Origin: Candidatus Bathyarchaeia archaeon
GTDB taxonomy: Archaea; Thermoproteota; Bathyarchaeia; 40CM-2-53-6; DTGE01
Direction: 5' to 3'
Length of the DNA stretch: 64,000 nt
Assembly: GCA_038852285.1 (NCBI GenBank)
Contig: JAWCKG010000005.1
Location: 16,812-80,811 of the forward strand
The translations under genes and the position numbers were made by a program. Of this stretch, positions 1 to 8,532 are shown piece by piece; position 1 is the first letter of the stretch, and each line of letters opens with the position of its first letter. The notes beneath the pieces are model-generated. The model saw only the letters and a program-made list of their open reading frames with translations. It was not told the DNA's origin and made no database searches.

Positions 1-1
1 A

Positions 2-82
2 CCGACACTAACGCCAACACCTACTCCAACGCCCACCCCTACCGTTAAGCCAACTCCAACACCAAGTCCTACGGCGCCTCCT
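2..82 (+). repeat. Pro-Thr low-complexity linker (coding repeat)
   Basis: Alternating CCN/ACN codons translate to (PT)n, typical of linkers in anchored archaeal binding proteins. Confidence 0.8.
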
Positions 83-1321
83 GTAAGCTTAAAACTTGTG
101 TGGTATGTGGCGTATCCGGATCAAATAACGGAGTTTAGAAAGCTCTATCCAAACGTGACGATTGACGCTTGGTACACGGATTATGGGTCGATGATCGGGA
201 GATTGTTCGCGACTCAGGGCAAAGAGGACGACTTAATTCAGCATTACACAGGCACCGTTTGGCTCATGTGGCCTACTGGAACAGTGAAATCAGTACCCGT
301 TTCAGAGCTGCCAAGATGGAAGACGGGTAATGTAACGCCCATCTGGTCCGATCCTGAAAAATACTTTGGAGCCGGCATTTCCAAGGAGGATTCAGCGAAA
401 ATGGCGCCGCTTATAAAAAGAGATCTATGGGTGCCGGGGAAGGAAGAGAAGGAGTTCATCCTAACGCCCCACGTGTACAATATGGATTCAGGTGGATGGG
501 ACCCTGAAATGATACCCGACAAGGAGATTCATACGATGGGCGAATTGCTAAACAGGGAATGGAAGGGAAAAGTAGCCATCTCCGATATAGCAAACTCAGC
601 GATCGCAAGAATCGCGAACTATTTGGACTACACTGGCCAGCTGAAGGTGGAAAACGTCAGCGACCTGAAGCCAAACGAGCTCACTAAAGTGATAGACGTG
701 ATGATCGAGCATAAGAAGGCAGGCCAGTTTAAAGCGTTCTGGCCTGGATACGCCTACGCTGTCGCCTTACATGTAGCCCGGGAAATATACATCTCGGATG
801 TATGGCAGAACGGGGTATACGACGTTAGGAAAGCGGGCGTCCCACTCTACCAGGTGATCGCCGACGAAGGCCATGATGGATGGTTTAGCGGATACTTCAT
901 CGGAGCGGGAACTGGAGCGGACAAGCTTCCCTGGTGCTATAAGTTCATAGATTTCGGGTTCAGCGGCGTCATGACAAGGTATATAGGATCTATAACGACA
1001 TACTATACTTCAACGGGGCCGGTGTCTCAGGAATGCAAAGACGCCATGGGCCCTGAGTTCTGGGGCTGGTTCTATGGAGGCAAGAGAACCTACAAACCGA
1101 TTACTGATTTGTTCCCCAATAGATCGGAGCGAATCGCCCAAGCCTTGTTTGAACCAGAGCACTATACATGGTCGATGACCTCTGGAAAAGAGGATCCTAA
1201 AGGGAACCTGAGAGACGGGGGAGAGTATTTCACGAGGATAGGTAGGATTAGATGTTGGGGCGGCTTTCCCACAAACGCTGAAAAATACACTGAGGAGTGG
1301 TCTAGGCTTAAAGCCGCCTAA
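2..1321 (+). CDS. ABC transporter substrate-binding protein, PotD/PotF-like (5' end outside window)
   Basis: Frame is open from position 2 (PTLTPTPTPTPTPTVKPTPTPSPTAPPVSLKLVWYV...) into the 98..1321 ORF. Motifs 'WKGKVAISD' and 'EGHDGW'. Followed by two PotB/PotC-like permeases. Confidence 0.8.
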   Translation, partial: PTLTPTPTPTPTPTVKPTPTPSPTAPPVSLKLVWYVAYPDQITEFRKLYPNVTIDAWYTDYGSMIGRLFATQGKEDDLIQHYTGTVWLMWPTGTVKSVPVSELPRWKTGNVTPIWSDPEKYFGAGISKEDSAKMAPLIKRDLWVPGKEEKEFILTPHVYNMDSGGWDPEMIPDKEIHTMGELLNREWKGKVAISDIANSAIARIANYLDYTGQLKVENVSDLKPNELTKVIDVMIEHKKAGQFKAFWPGYAYAVALHVAREIYISDVWQNGVYDVRKAGVPLYQVIADEGHDGWFSGYFIGAGTGADKLPWCYKFIDFGFSGVMTRYIGSITTYYTSTGPVSQECKDAMGPEFWGWFYGGKRTYKPITDLFPNRSERIAQALFEPEHYTWSMTSGKEDPKGNLRDGGEYFTRIGRIRCWGGFPTNAEKYTEEWSRLKAA

Positions 1322-1328
1322 AACCCCC

Positions 1329-1334
1329 TTTTTT
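1329..1334 (+). terminator. Candidate archaeal oligo-T terminator
   Basis: CCCCCTTTTTT directly after the binding-protein stop codon. Confidence 0.4.
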
Positions 1335-1431
1335 AACTATCATATTTTATTATGGTATGAGTGGAATCTAGAGTTCAATATAACCAGGCTTCGTGGACGC
1401 GTTTTCGCGTAGTGGTGGTTGGTGAGCCTCC

Positions 1432-2277
1432 ATGAATAAAAGAACGTTGTTGGGATTGCCAGGTTTGACGTGGTATACTCTATTCCTGCTCGCACCTCTA
1501 GGAATCACTGTGGTGAGCAGTTTTCTCAGCTCATCTGTGGGAGGCGGTTTAAAGCCCTCCTTCACGCCAGCGAACTATTTAGCCATTCTAAGGGATCCTA
1601 CCAACGTGAGTCTGCTTTTGTTCACGTTGAGGCTTTCCTTAATAGTTACGGCGTTAAGTTTCATAGTCGGCTACATCTTAGGATACTACTTGGCGTTGAT
1701 GGTGAGAAGCGTACCGGTGAAGATGGCGTTGTTCTTCCTTTTCCTGACGCCGTTCTGGATTGAAACCACCACTAAGGCGATTTCATGGTTTCCCGTGTTG
1801 GGTGAAAGCGGTTTTCTCAACGTGCTACTGATGAAGGTGGGTTTGATCAGAGAGCCGATATCGATCTTCCTGTTTTCCCAGTTTTCAGCGACGATGGTGA
1901 TGGTTGTGACGTATTTTTTGATGATGGCGGCGCCTGTCTTTTTAACTTTAAGTAGGATGGATCCAGTTTTGCTGGATGCCGCTCAGTCGCTTGGAGCCGA
2001 TAAGATTCGAACATTTTACCACATAACATGGAAGTTGTCTCTGCCCGGAGTAATCATCGGCGTCGCCTTTGTCTTTGTTCTCAGCGTCAGCGACTTCGCC
2101 ACACCCTCAATCATGGGAGGAGTTATACAGACGATTGGGATGCAGATCGCTTATCAAACGTTTTCTCTAGCCAACTTCGCAGCGGCTTCAGCTTATTCGA
2201 CGATCATAACGGCGATAACCTTAGGGGTTGTCGCTTTGCTTTTCAAGGTTGTAGACGTGACGAGGCTTATCTTCTAG
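1432..2277 (+). CDS. ABC transporter permease, PotB-like
   Basis: Multiple TM segments. EAA loop 'LLDAAQSLGA'. 'LSLPGVIIG...DFATPSIMGG'. Confidence 0.9.
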   Translation: MNKRTLLGLPGLTWYTLFLLAPLGITVVSSFLSSSVGGGLKPSFTPANYLAILRDPTNVSLLLFTLRLSLIVTALSFIVGYILGYYLALMVRSVPVKMALFFLFLTPFWIETTTKAISWFPVLGESGFLNVLLMKVGLIREPISIFLFSQFSATMVMVVTYFLMMAAPVFLTLSRMDPVLLDAAQSLGADKIRTFYHITWKLSLPGVIIGVAFVFVLSVSDFATPSIMGGVIQTIGMQIAYQTFSLANFAAASAYSTIITAITLGVVALLFKVVDVTRLIF

Positions 2278-2280
2278 GGG

Positions 2281-3072
2281 ATGAGCGCGATGAAGTTTAG
2301 CTTGAAGGGCCTGGTTTCTTTCTTCGTGTTTTTAATGCTGATCATCGTTTACTCTCCGATCATAATGATGATGATTTTCTCTTTTAACAGCGGTCGTAGA
2401 ACGACCTTTCCTTTCGAAAGCTTTAGCGTTCGATGGTATGCAGAGCTCTTCCATAAAAGGGAGCTGATGAACGCCTTAGGATCATCGTTTATGTTGGCGA
2501 TTGCCGTCGCGTTCATCACCCTAGGAATCGTCGTCTCCATGGGCTTATTTTTAAGAGGGTTAACTAGGGGAAGAAAGATGGTGTTTTACATCGTCGCTCT
2601 TGGCATCATCGTTCCAGGCATATCCTACGGTTTGGGAACAGGAATCCTTTACCGGATGTTGAACATACGGTTGTCAAGCTGGACGGCTCTGCCTGTCCAT
2701 GTGGTTTGGGCGGTGCCGTGGGGCTTGATAATTTTATTGACGGCCTTCACCCCCGAGCTGGCGACGTATGAGGAAGCGGCGAGGACGCTGGGAGCCTCTG
2801 AATTGGAGGTTTTCAGAGAGGTAACGATGCCTTTGATCTCCTCGGAGATGATGGCCGCCGCTTTATTCGGATTCCTGCTCTCCTGGGGTGAGTTGATAAG
2901 AAGCATGTTTGTGGCAGGGGGCGCCGCCACAATGCCGGTGTTCATCTATGGCTTCTTGTACGCCTCTCCACCCACGCCCATGCTCTACTCTCTAGGAACA
3001 TTAAACGTGGCTTTCTCATTCATCCTCATGATCGGCGTTGTGACGATGCTTAGAAGGAGGAGTGCCCCTTAG
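2281..3072 (+). CDS. ABC transporter permease, PotC-like
   Basis: 'FSFNSG...FSVRWY' and EAA loop 'YEEAARTLGA'. Starts 3 bp after the preceding permease. Confidence 0.9.
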   Translation: MSAMKFSLKGLVSFFVFLMLIIVYSPIIMMMIFSFNSGRRTTFPFESFSVRWYAELFHKRELMNALGSSFMLAIAVAFITLGIVVSMGLFLRGLTRGRKMVFYIVALGIIVPGISYGLGTGILYRMLNIRLSSWTALPVHVVWAVPWGLIILLTAFTPELATYEEAARTLGASELEVFREVTMPLISSEMMAAALFGFLLSWGELIRSMFVAGGAATMPVFIYGFLYASPPTPMLYSLGTLNVAFSFILMIGVVTMLRRRSAP

Positions 3073-3087
3073 GAGGCTTAGTGGGAT

Positions 3088-4818
3088 TTAAGGCTCAGCG
3101 GTTTCCAATCTATGCTCCCTGTACAGTTTCTTCCTGTATTCTCGGCTCCTAGAAACCTCTATCATTTTCTCGGCTTTAGCCTTCCCCTCTAACGCTCTCG
3201 CCTTTACATAGTCGTCGATCCGCAGTATCATGCATGCGGCCTCAACGGCCGAGGAAATGGCGAACTCCTTCACGGCCAGCAGGTCATACACCCTCAAAGC
3301 GGACATGTCGACTATTTTACCTTCCAACGCGTCGAATCCCACATGTTTTTCCCCGCTTCTATGTTTGGCTTTCATCGTTGGCAGTATGGTCAGCGGGTCT
3401 AGACCAGCGTTTTTAATCAAGGCCTCGACTGGACGGATGATGGAATCGGCGAAGCGTTGGATGATGATTCTCCTCAGGGGTTCCGCCTCGCGGGCTTCGA
3501 CGTGTAGCATCCTTGAAACCTCTAAATCGGCCGCCCCGCCGGCGAAGACCACTTTAGGGTTTTTGAAGACCATGTTTAGAACGGTCAACGCGCATCTCAC
3601 TTTCCTCTCCCACTTATTTAACGATCTTTCAGATAACCCCTTTAACAATAGGGTGAGGGAGCGTGGGTTTCGGCATCCCTCTATGAACATCCAATCATGG
3701 CCATGATGTTTTCGGACCTCTACCAGCCTCGCGTAGCCTAAAGCTTTGTCAGAAACGTCGTTTACATCGTATACGATTTGGCCGCCTGTAGCCTGGGCGA
3801 TCCTCTCTAAGTCCTCTATGGTGAATCGCCTCACAACCAATATGCCCGCGTCGGAGAGCATCTTAGCCGCCAGGGGGTCGATTCCCTGCTCTAAAATGAC
3901 AACGTTGGCGCCGGCTTCCCTTATTCTCCTCACCGTACCCCGGAGCCTGTTAACCCTGTTTTCCCTCACCGCTTCGATTTCAGCGGGATCTTCAATCGAA
4001 ATCGTATGTTCATAATCGGTGTAACCTCTCTTTTTATCGCGGATTTCGCCTTTAAGGACCAGAATGGAGGCGTTTGAAACCATTCTCGGCATGCTTTCGT
4101 CAGCCGGCTCTCTTCTAACGGCGAAGCCGTCTACGAGCCTTGACTCCTCTAATGAGCCTCCCTCCACATTCGTAATTCGAATTGCGTTTAAATCGAAGCC
4201 CTCTCCTTGTTTTTTCCTCAACTTTAAGGCGGCTTCCACGCATAGCTCCCCGAGTTTCTTAGCCTCCTCTGGGAATATATTGGATGCCAGCCATGTTAAC
4301 TCAAGTTTATTCGCGACGTCTAAATCTACGGCTAAGTGTCGGTAATGTTGAATGGCTCTGGCGGCGGCCCATCCGTATCCCTCTATGACTTCATGGGGTG
4401 AAAACCCTTGCTCTATGAGTTTCCTGCTCTCTGAGAGGAGGCTTGCCGTAAGGAGGACCGTTGTCTTCCTACCGTCACCCACCTCTTTTCCCAAGGCCGT
4501 TACAAGAGAGGCCATGGATTTGGCGATAGGGTAGTCGAACTCTAACTTTTCGAACATGGTTTGACAGTCCTCGGTCACCCATACGACGCCGTCGCCTCCA
4601 ATGATCATTTTTTCGAGTCCTCTCGGCCCGTAAGTCGATTCGACCAGCTCTCCTAAAACCTCTACGACGACGATGTTGTTTACGCGGAAATCTTCACCCG
4701 AATACCTTTCAACCTCCCTGCTTAGAATGGTTGGTTTCTCGATCACGCTGTGCGAAATGGGCTTCCTAGAGAAGTCTACTCTCTGAAACCTTTCCGTCAA
4801 CGCTTTATAGGGATGCAA
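3088..4818 (-). CDS. Divergent group II chaperonin (thermosome/TCP-1 family) subunit with degenerate ATPase motifs
   Basis: 'STYGPRGLEKM', 'EVGDGRKTT', 'GANVVILEQGID', 'DLERIAQATGG', 'SAVEAACMILRIDD' follow the thermosome layout. Confidence 0.9.
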   Translation of the reverse strand: MHPYKALTERFQRVDFSRKPISHSVIEKPTILSREVERYSGEDFRVNNIVVVEVLGELVESTYGPRGLEKMIIGGDGVVWVTEDCQTMFEKLEFDYPIAKSMASLVTALGKEVGDGRKTTVLLTASLLSESRKLIEQGFSPHEVIEGYGWAAARAIQHYRHLAVDLDVANKLELTWLASNIFPEEAKKLGELCVEAALKLRKKQGEGFDLNAIRITNVEGGSLEESRLVDGFAVRREPADESMPRMVSNASILVLKGEIRDKKRGYTDYEHTISIEDPAEIEAVRENRVNRLRGTVRRIREAGANVVILEQGIDPLAAKMLSDAGILVVRRFTIEDLERIAQATGGQIVYDVNDVSDKALGYARLVEVRKHHGHDWMFIEGCRNPRSLTLLLKGLSERSLNKWERKVRCALTVLNMVFKNPKVVFAGGAADLEVSRMLHVEAREAEPLRRIIIQRFADSIIRPVEALIKNAGLDPLTILPTMKAKHRSGEKHVGFDALEGKIVDMSALRVYDLLAVKEFAISSAVEAACMILRIDDYVKARALEGKAKAEKMIEVSRSREYRKKLYREHRLETAEP

Positions 4819-4843
4819 TGGGTTCTCTTCCCTACGGTTTTTT

Positions 4844-5584
4844 TTAAGTTGCCGAATGGCCTCTTATAAAGTCCCATTCCTCTAGGATTTCGTTCACGGT
4901 TTTCATCCTGGCGAATTTTCTTTTCCAAATGTCTAGGCATGCATTCTGAATTTCCGGCCATATGGTTCCAACGGCGTCTACGGCCACTGTAATCCTGTAT
5001 TCTCTGTGGAAACCGCTTTTGATGGTTGAGTCGACGCATATATCCGTCATGACGCCGCATACATAGAGGTATTTCACGCTTTTGGAGCGTAGCTCGCTGT
5101 CTAAAGGTGTTTCGTGGAAAGCGTCGTAACCGCATTTTTCTATCACTACTTCTCCGGGGATTGGTTTTAATTCGTCCACGATCTCGGTTGATGGGTCTCC
5201 TCTCAGGCAACAGCTTGAAGGATGATACGGACCGATTGGCGCGCCAGGTTGATGCTCGAACACCTCCGGGGCGAAGGGGTAGGAGCTTAACCTTAAGCTG
5301 CCTGGTTCATGAATGTATTTCGTGAACACTACGCTAAGCCCGATTTTCCTCGCTTTATCCAACAGCTTTTTAATGTTCGGGAGGCAAACGGTCCTACCGG
5401 CGGGGACCTCTAGGGCAGCTCCCTCCTCTAAAAAGCCCCTCTGCATGTCGACAATCAGCAGGCAGGCTTCCCTCAGGCTAGTGGGCTTTAAGTATTCGTC
5501 GATAAGCCTTTGCTTAGCCTCCTTCAAATCATCTATAGGGGCCTCCGACCTGAAAACCTTTAAAGCGTCCTCGAAATTCACCAT
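4844..5584 (-). CDS. Isochorismatase-family cysteine hydrolase (amidase)
   Basis: Asp-Lys-Cys triad: 'LLIVDMQRGF', 'EKCGYDAF', 'GVMTDICVDST'. Confidence 0.9.
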   Translation of the reverse strand: MVNFEDALKVFRSEAPIDDLKEAKQRLIDEYLKPTSLREACLLIVDMQRGFLEEGAALEVPAGRTVCLPNIKKLLDKARKIGLSVVFTKYIHEPGSLRLSSYPFAPEVFEHQPGAPIGPYHPSSCCLRGDPSTEIVDELKPIPGEVVIEKCGYDAFHETPLDSELRSKSVKYLYVCGVMTDICVDSTIKSGFHREYRITVAVDAVGTIWPEIQNACLDIWKRKFARMKTVNEILEEWDFIRGHSAT

Positions 5585-5734
5585 TATTATTTACCCATCC
5601 CATATCATATTTTCTCGCGCCAACCCTATTTAAAGTAGGCTTACAGTTTAAGGGCGTTTAACGAGTAAGATAGGAGCCTAGAGGAGGGCCGACCCCAAAA
5701 CGACAGTTTAAGAGAGCAGAGCGTGAAGGTAATT

Positions 5735-6712
5735 TTATTTTCTAACCGAGCGTTTTAGCCCGAACATTGATTCTTTGGTTAAGTCCATAAACACTCCTTT
5801 TTCGCCGCCCAATGTTAAGACGATTTTTTTGTCGGCGGTGGCTTGTCCCACTTGACCTACCGTTAACCCACATTTCTCGAAGATTTCACTGCATTCTGAG
5901 GCGCGGTCGGTGGCGAGGATGAACCCTACGCTGGGATACATGGTTAGCCAATCTGAGAGGTTGACGGAGTCAGGCCTGGGGATTTTCTCAAGGTTGCACG
6001 TCACGCCCATTCCGCTGCTTTCACACATCATCGTTAGGCTGCCGATGACTCCGGGCGCTGAGATGTCTCTAGACGCGTGGGCTAGATTTTTTTCCGCTAT
6101 GGTCATCATGGATGAAAGCTTCCGCTCCACGTCGCTTCGACTTGACTCTACGATGGAGTCGAAGCATCTGATCCATCTCCTCGTTTTAGCTGAGCCGGCT
6201 AGGTCTATGGCCACTAGGATTTTATCGCCAACCATCATTCCCCCGCTGGGTATGATTTGAGAGGCTACACCGATCACCGCCGCGTCGATGGATTCATAGG
6301 TTTGATCTGGATGCGTGTGGCCCTTCAACACCTTTAACCCGTACATGTCTACGCCGGCCTTAACTCCTTCAGCCATCCTTAACCGGTTTTCCCTACTCGG
6401 AGAGGATATGACGTTTACATATCCTATCGGCTTAGCGCCCTTTGCCACCACATCGTTTACGTTCACCACTACCGAGTAGAGCCCGGCCATGTATGGGTTA
6501 AGCTTCACAAGGTCTTCGAGGATTCCGTCAGTTGACACGACGACTTTTAACCCCGCTACTTCGATGAAGCCAGCGTCGTCCAGTTGCAGATCCCCGAACA
6601 CCCTTAAAATGTCTCCTAAACAGCTCTTTCTAGTGAATCCTCGAAACCCTTTACACAACTCTATGATTTCCTTCACGCTCATCGTCAGTCGACATGGCAT
6701 GGGATTTAACAA
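5735..6712 (-). CDS. AIR synthase-related (PurM-like) protein, methanogenesis marker 2/sll0787-like
   Basis: 'DDAG', 'VNVNDVVAKGAKP', 'GHTHPD', 'RDISAPGVIGSL', 'YPSVGF'. The true start may be the second or third Met. Confidence 0.75.
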   Translation of the reverse strand: MLNPMPCRLTMSVKEIIELCKGFRGFTRKSCLGDILRVFGDLQLDDAGFIEVAGLKVVVSTDGILEDLVKLNPYMAGLYSVVVNVNDVVAKGAKPIGYVNVISSPSRENRLRMAEGVKAGVDMYGLKVLKGHTHPDQTYESIDAAVIGVASQIIPSGGMMVGDKILVAIDLAGSAKTRRWIRCFDSIVESSRSDVERKLSSMMTIAEKNLAHASRDISAPGVIGSLTMMCESSGMGVTCNLEKIPRPDSVNLSDWLTMYPSVGFILATDRASECSEIFEKCGLTVGQVGQATADKKIVLTLGGEKGVFMDLTKESMFGLKRSVRK

Positions 6713-6775
6713 GATTTAAAAGTTGAGGTGTGAAACTCGATTCAAATTCATGTAAATGGAGGGAGGAGTCAAAGG

Positions 6776-7552
6776 TTGAGAAAGGTGTTTTTAGGTGAAA
6801 TGACTAGAACGGAGGTTGAAGAATATCTGAAGAGTGGAAATAGAATCATTGTTCCAACAGGCTCCGTAGAGCAGCATGGACGGCATTTGCCGCTTCTAAC
6901 GGATACATTTATCCCCTTAGAGGTCGCGAGAAGGGTGGCGCTTGAAGTAAACGCTTTGGTCGCCCCCCCGATCAGTTATGGGCTTTCCCAGGTGCACAGC
7001 GGGTTTAAGGGATCAGCCTGGTTCACGTTGAAGACCTATATCGGCGTCATCGAGGATGTATGTGTAAGCTTGGCTGAAAGCGGGTTTAAAAGAATCATAT
7101 TCTTAAACGGCCATTACGACAACGAGCTCGCTATGTACGTGGCTTTAAAAGATGTTGCCGGAACCGAGAAGATTCCAGGGGACGTAAGAATAATGGCCTT
7201 CTCCTACTGGAACGCCTTACCACCGGACGTAGGCGTCAAGTACTTGAGCTTTGAAGCTGGATGGCACTCCAACATCGGGGAGACGGCGGCTATGCTCGCC
7301 ATAAGGCCTGAGCTGGTGGGCATGAATCGCGCTAAAGCAGAGTGGCCCAAGTTAGCGAAGGACTCCATGCTCGTATTCACCGTGATCACAGACGCCAAAG
7401 GCGCTTGGAAAAAGCTAGCCCCCAAGGTGGGGGTCTGGGGAGACCCCACCAAGGCCACGAAGGAAATGGGAGAGGAATTTCTAAAGAAAATCACCGAGAG
7501 CGTCGTTAAGGCTATCAACGACGTAGAGGAAGCCTACAAGAAAATGGGTTAG
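6776..7552 (+). CDS. Creatininase-family amidohydrolase
   Basis: 'GSVEQHGRHLPLLTD', 'NGHYDN', 'HSNIGET', 'GVWGDP'. GGAGGAG precedes the TTG start. Confidence 0.9.
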   Translation: MRKVFLGEMTRTEVEEYLKSGNRIIVPTGSVEQHGRHLPLLTDTFIPLEVARRVALEVNALVAPPISYGLSQVHSGFKGSAWFTLKTYIGVIEDVCVSLAESGFKRIIFLNGHYDNELAMYVALKDVAGTEKIPGDVRIMAFSYWNALPPDVGVKYLSFEAGWHSNIGETAAMLAIRPELVGMNRAKAEWPKLAKDSMLVFTVITDAKGAWKKLAPKVGVWGDPTKATKEMGEEFLKKITESVVKAINDVEEAYKKMG

Positions 7553-7569
7553 AAGTGTGGTTAAAGGGT

Positions 7570-8220
7570 TTACCTCTCAGCTTTTAGGATCCTCCAACTC
7601 AGGTAGAAGGTGGAGGATAACATTCCGATGGCGGCAGCCGCGTAGAGAATCTTTGCTAACCAAACGCTCAATCCTAATAATGCGATAAACGTAATGCCTA
7701 TAGTTCCACCGCATGACCCGCATCCACCCACCCATAGAGCTGCGTTTAGAAGGGACGACGCCAAGGCGCTTAGAGGACTAGCGTAAAGCCCTCCCCTATT
7801 CAACCTTGAAATAGCCCTGCGTGGGCATCGGAACCTATTAAAATGGGAGTAATCATACGCCACGGTTAAGTATAAACCCGTCAAAAAGGCCATGGGAATC
7901 AGCGCCAATAGGTCCTTTATTTTAAACGTAAACTCCCAGTCCACTTTTCCCAGAGTAATCCCGTAAAAAGCCATCAAGGTGTGATCAAGAAAGAAGAATG
8001 CTCTTTTCCAGGAAGATATCCCCCACCCTAACACCTCTAACGCCTCTAAGAGATTAGAAACACGTGCCTGCATTGAATCTTTAAAATACATCATCGGAGT
8101 CACCGTGGAAAGGGCGATAAATATACTGTAGTATAGGAGAATGCCGACTAAAGACACTACCTTATGGGAAATAAGGGCCTTTTTCAAGTAACCTATAATA
8201 TTTTTTACCTGCCTTAACAT
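7570..8220 (-). CDS. Hypothetical membrane protein with a CxxC motif
   Basis: Several hydrophobic helices, with 'GGCGSCGG' between the C-terminal helices. Confidence 0.6.
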   Translation of the reverse strand: MLRQVKNIIGYLKKALISHKVVSLVGILLYYSIFIALSTVTPMMYFKDSMQARVSNLLEALEVLGWGISSWKRAFFFLDHTLMAFYGITLGKVDWEFTFKIKDLLALIPMAFLTGLYLTVAYDYSHFNRFRCPRRAISRLNRGGLYASPLSALASSLLNAALWVGGCGSCGGTIGITFIALLGLSVWLAKILYAAAAIGMLSSTFYLSWRILKAER

Positions 8221-8532
8221 GGATAGCCTCGAAAAACTCGTCTAAACCCACCATTCAATAGGTTTGACAGGTGCTCTTAAAAAGCGTTTCCTCCTCAAAA
8301 ACCATGTGTTAAGAACCTTCAAATCTGCGTTGCCTACTGCCACCGGCTTAGCTAAACCAATAAATCCACACCCGGGGAAGGCCCAGCACTCAATCTTCGT
8401 CACTCATCCTCAAGAAACATCAGTAAAGATTGAGATTTTTTACGTAACTTCCGCTCTTCCTACGCTCGCAAAGGAGAAAAGGTTTAATACTAATGGCATT
8501 GTCTTATGGCCGAAATTTCTATGGTGCGTTGA

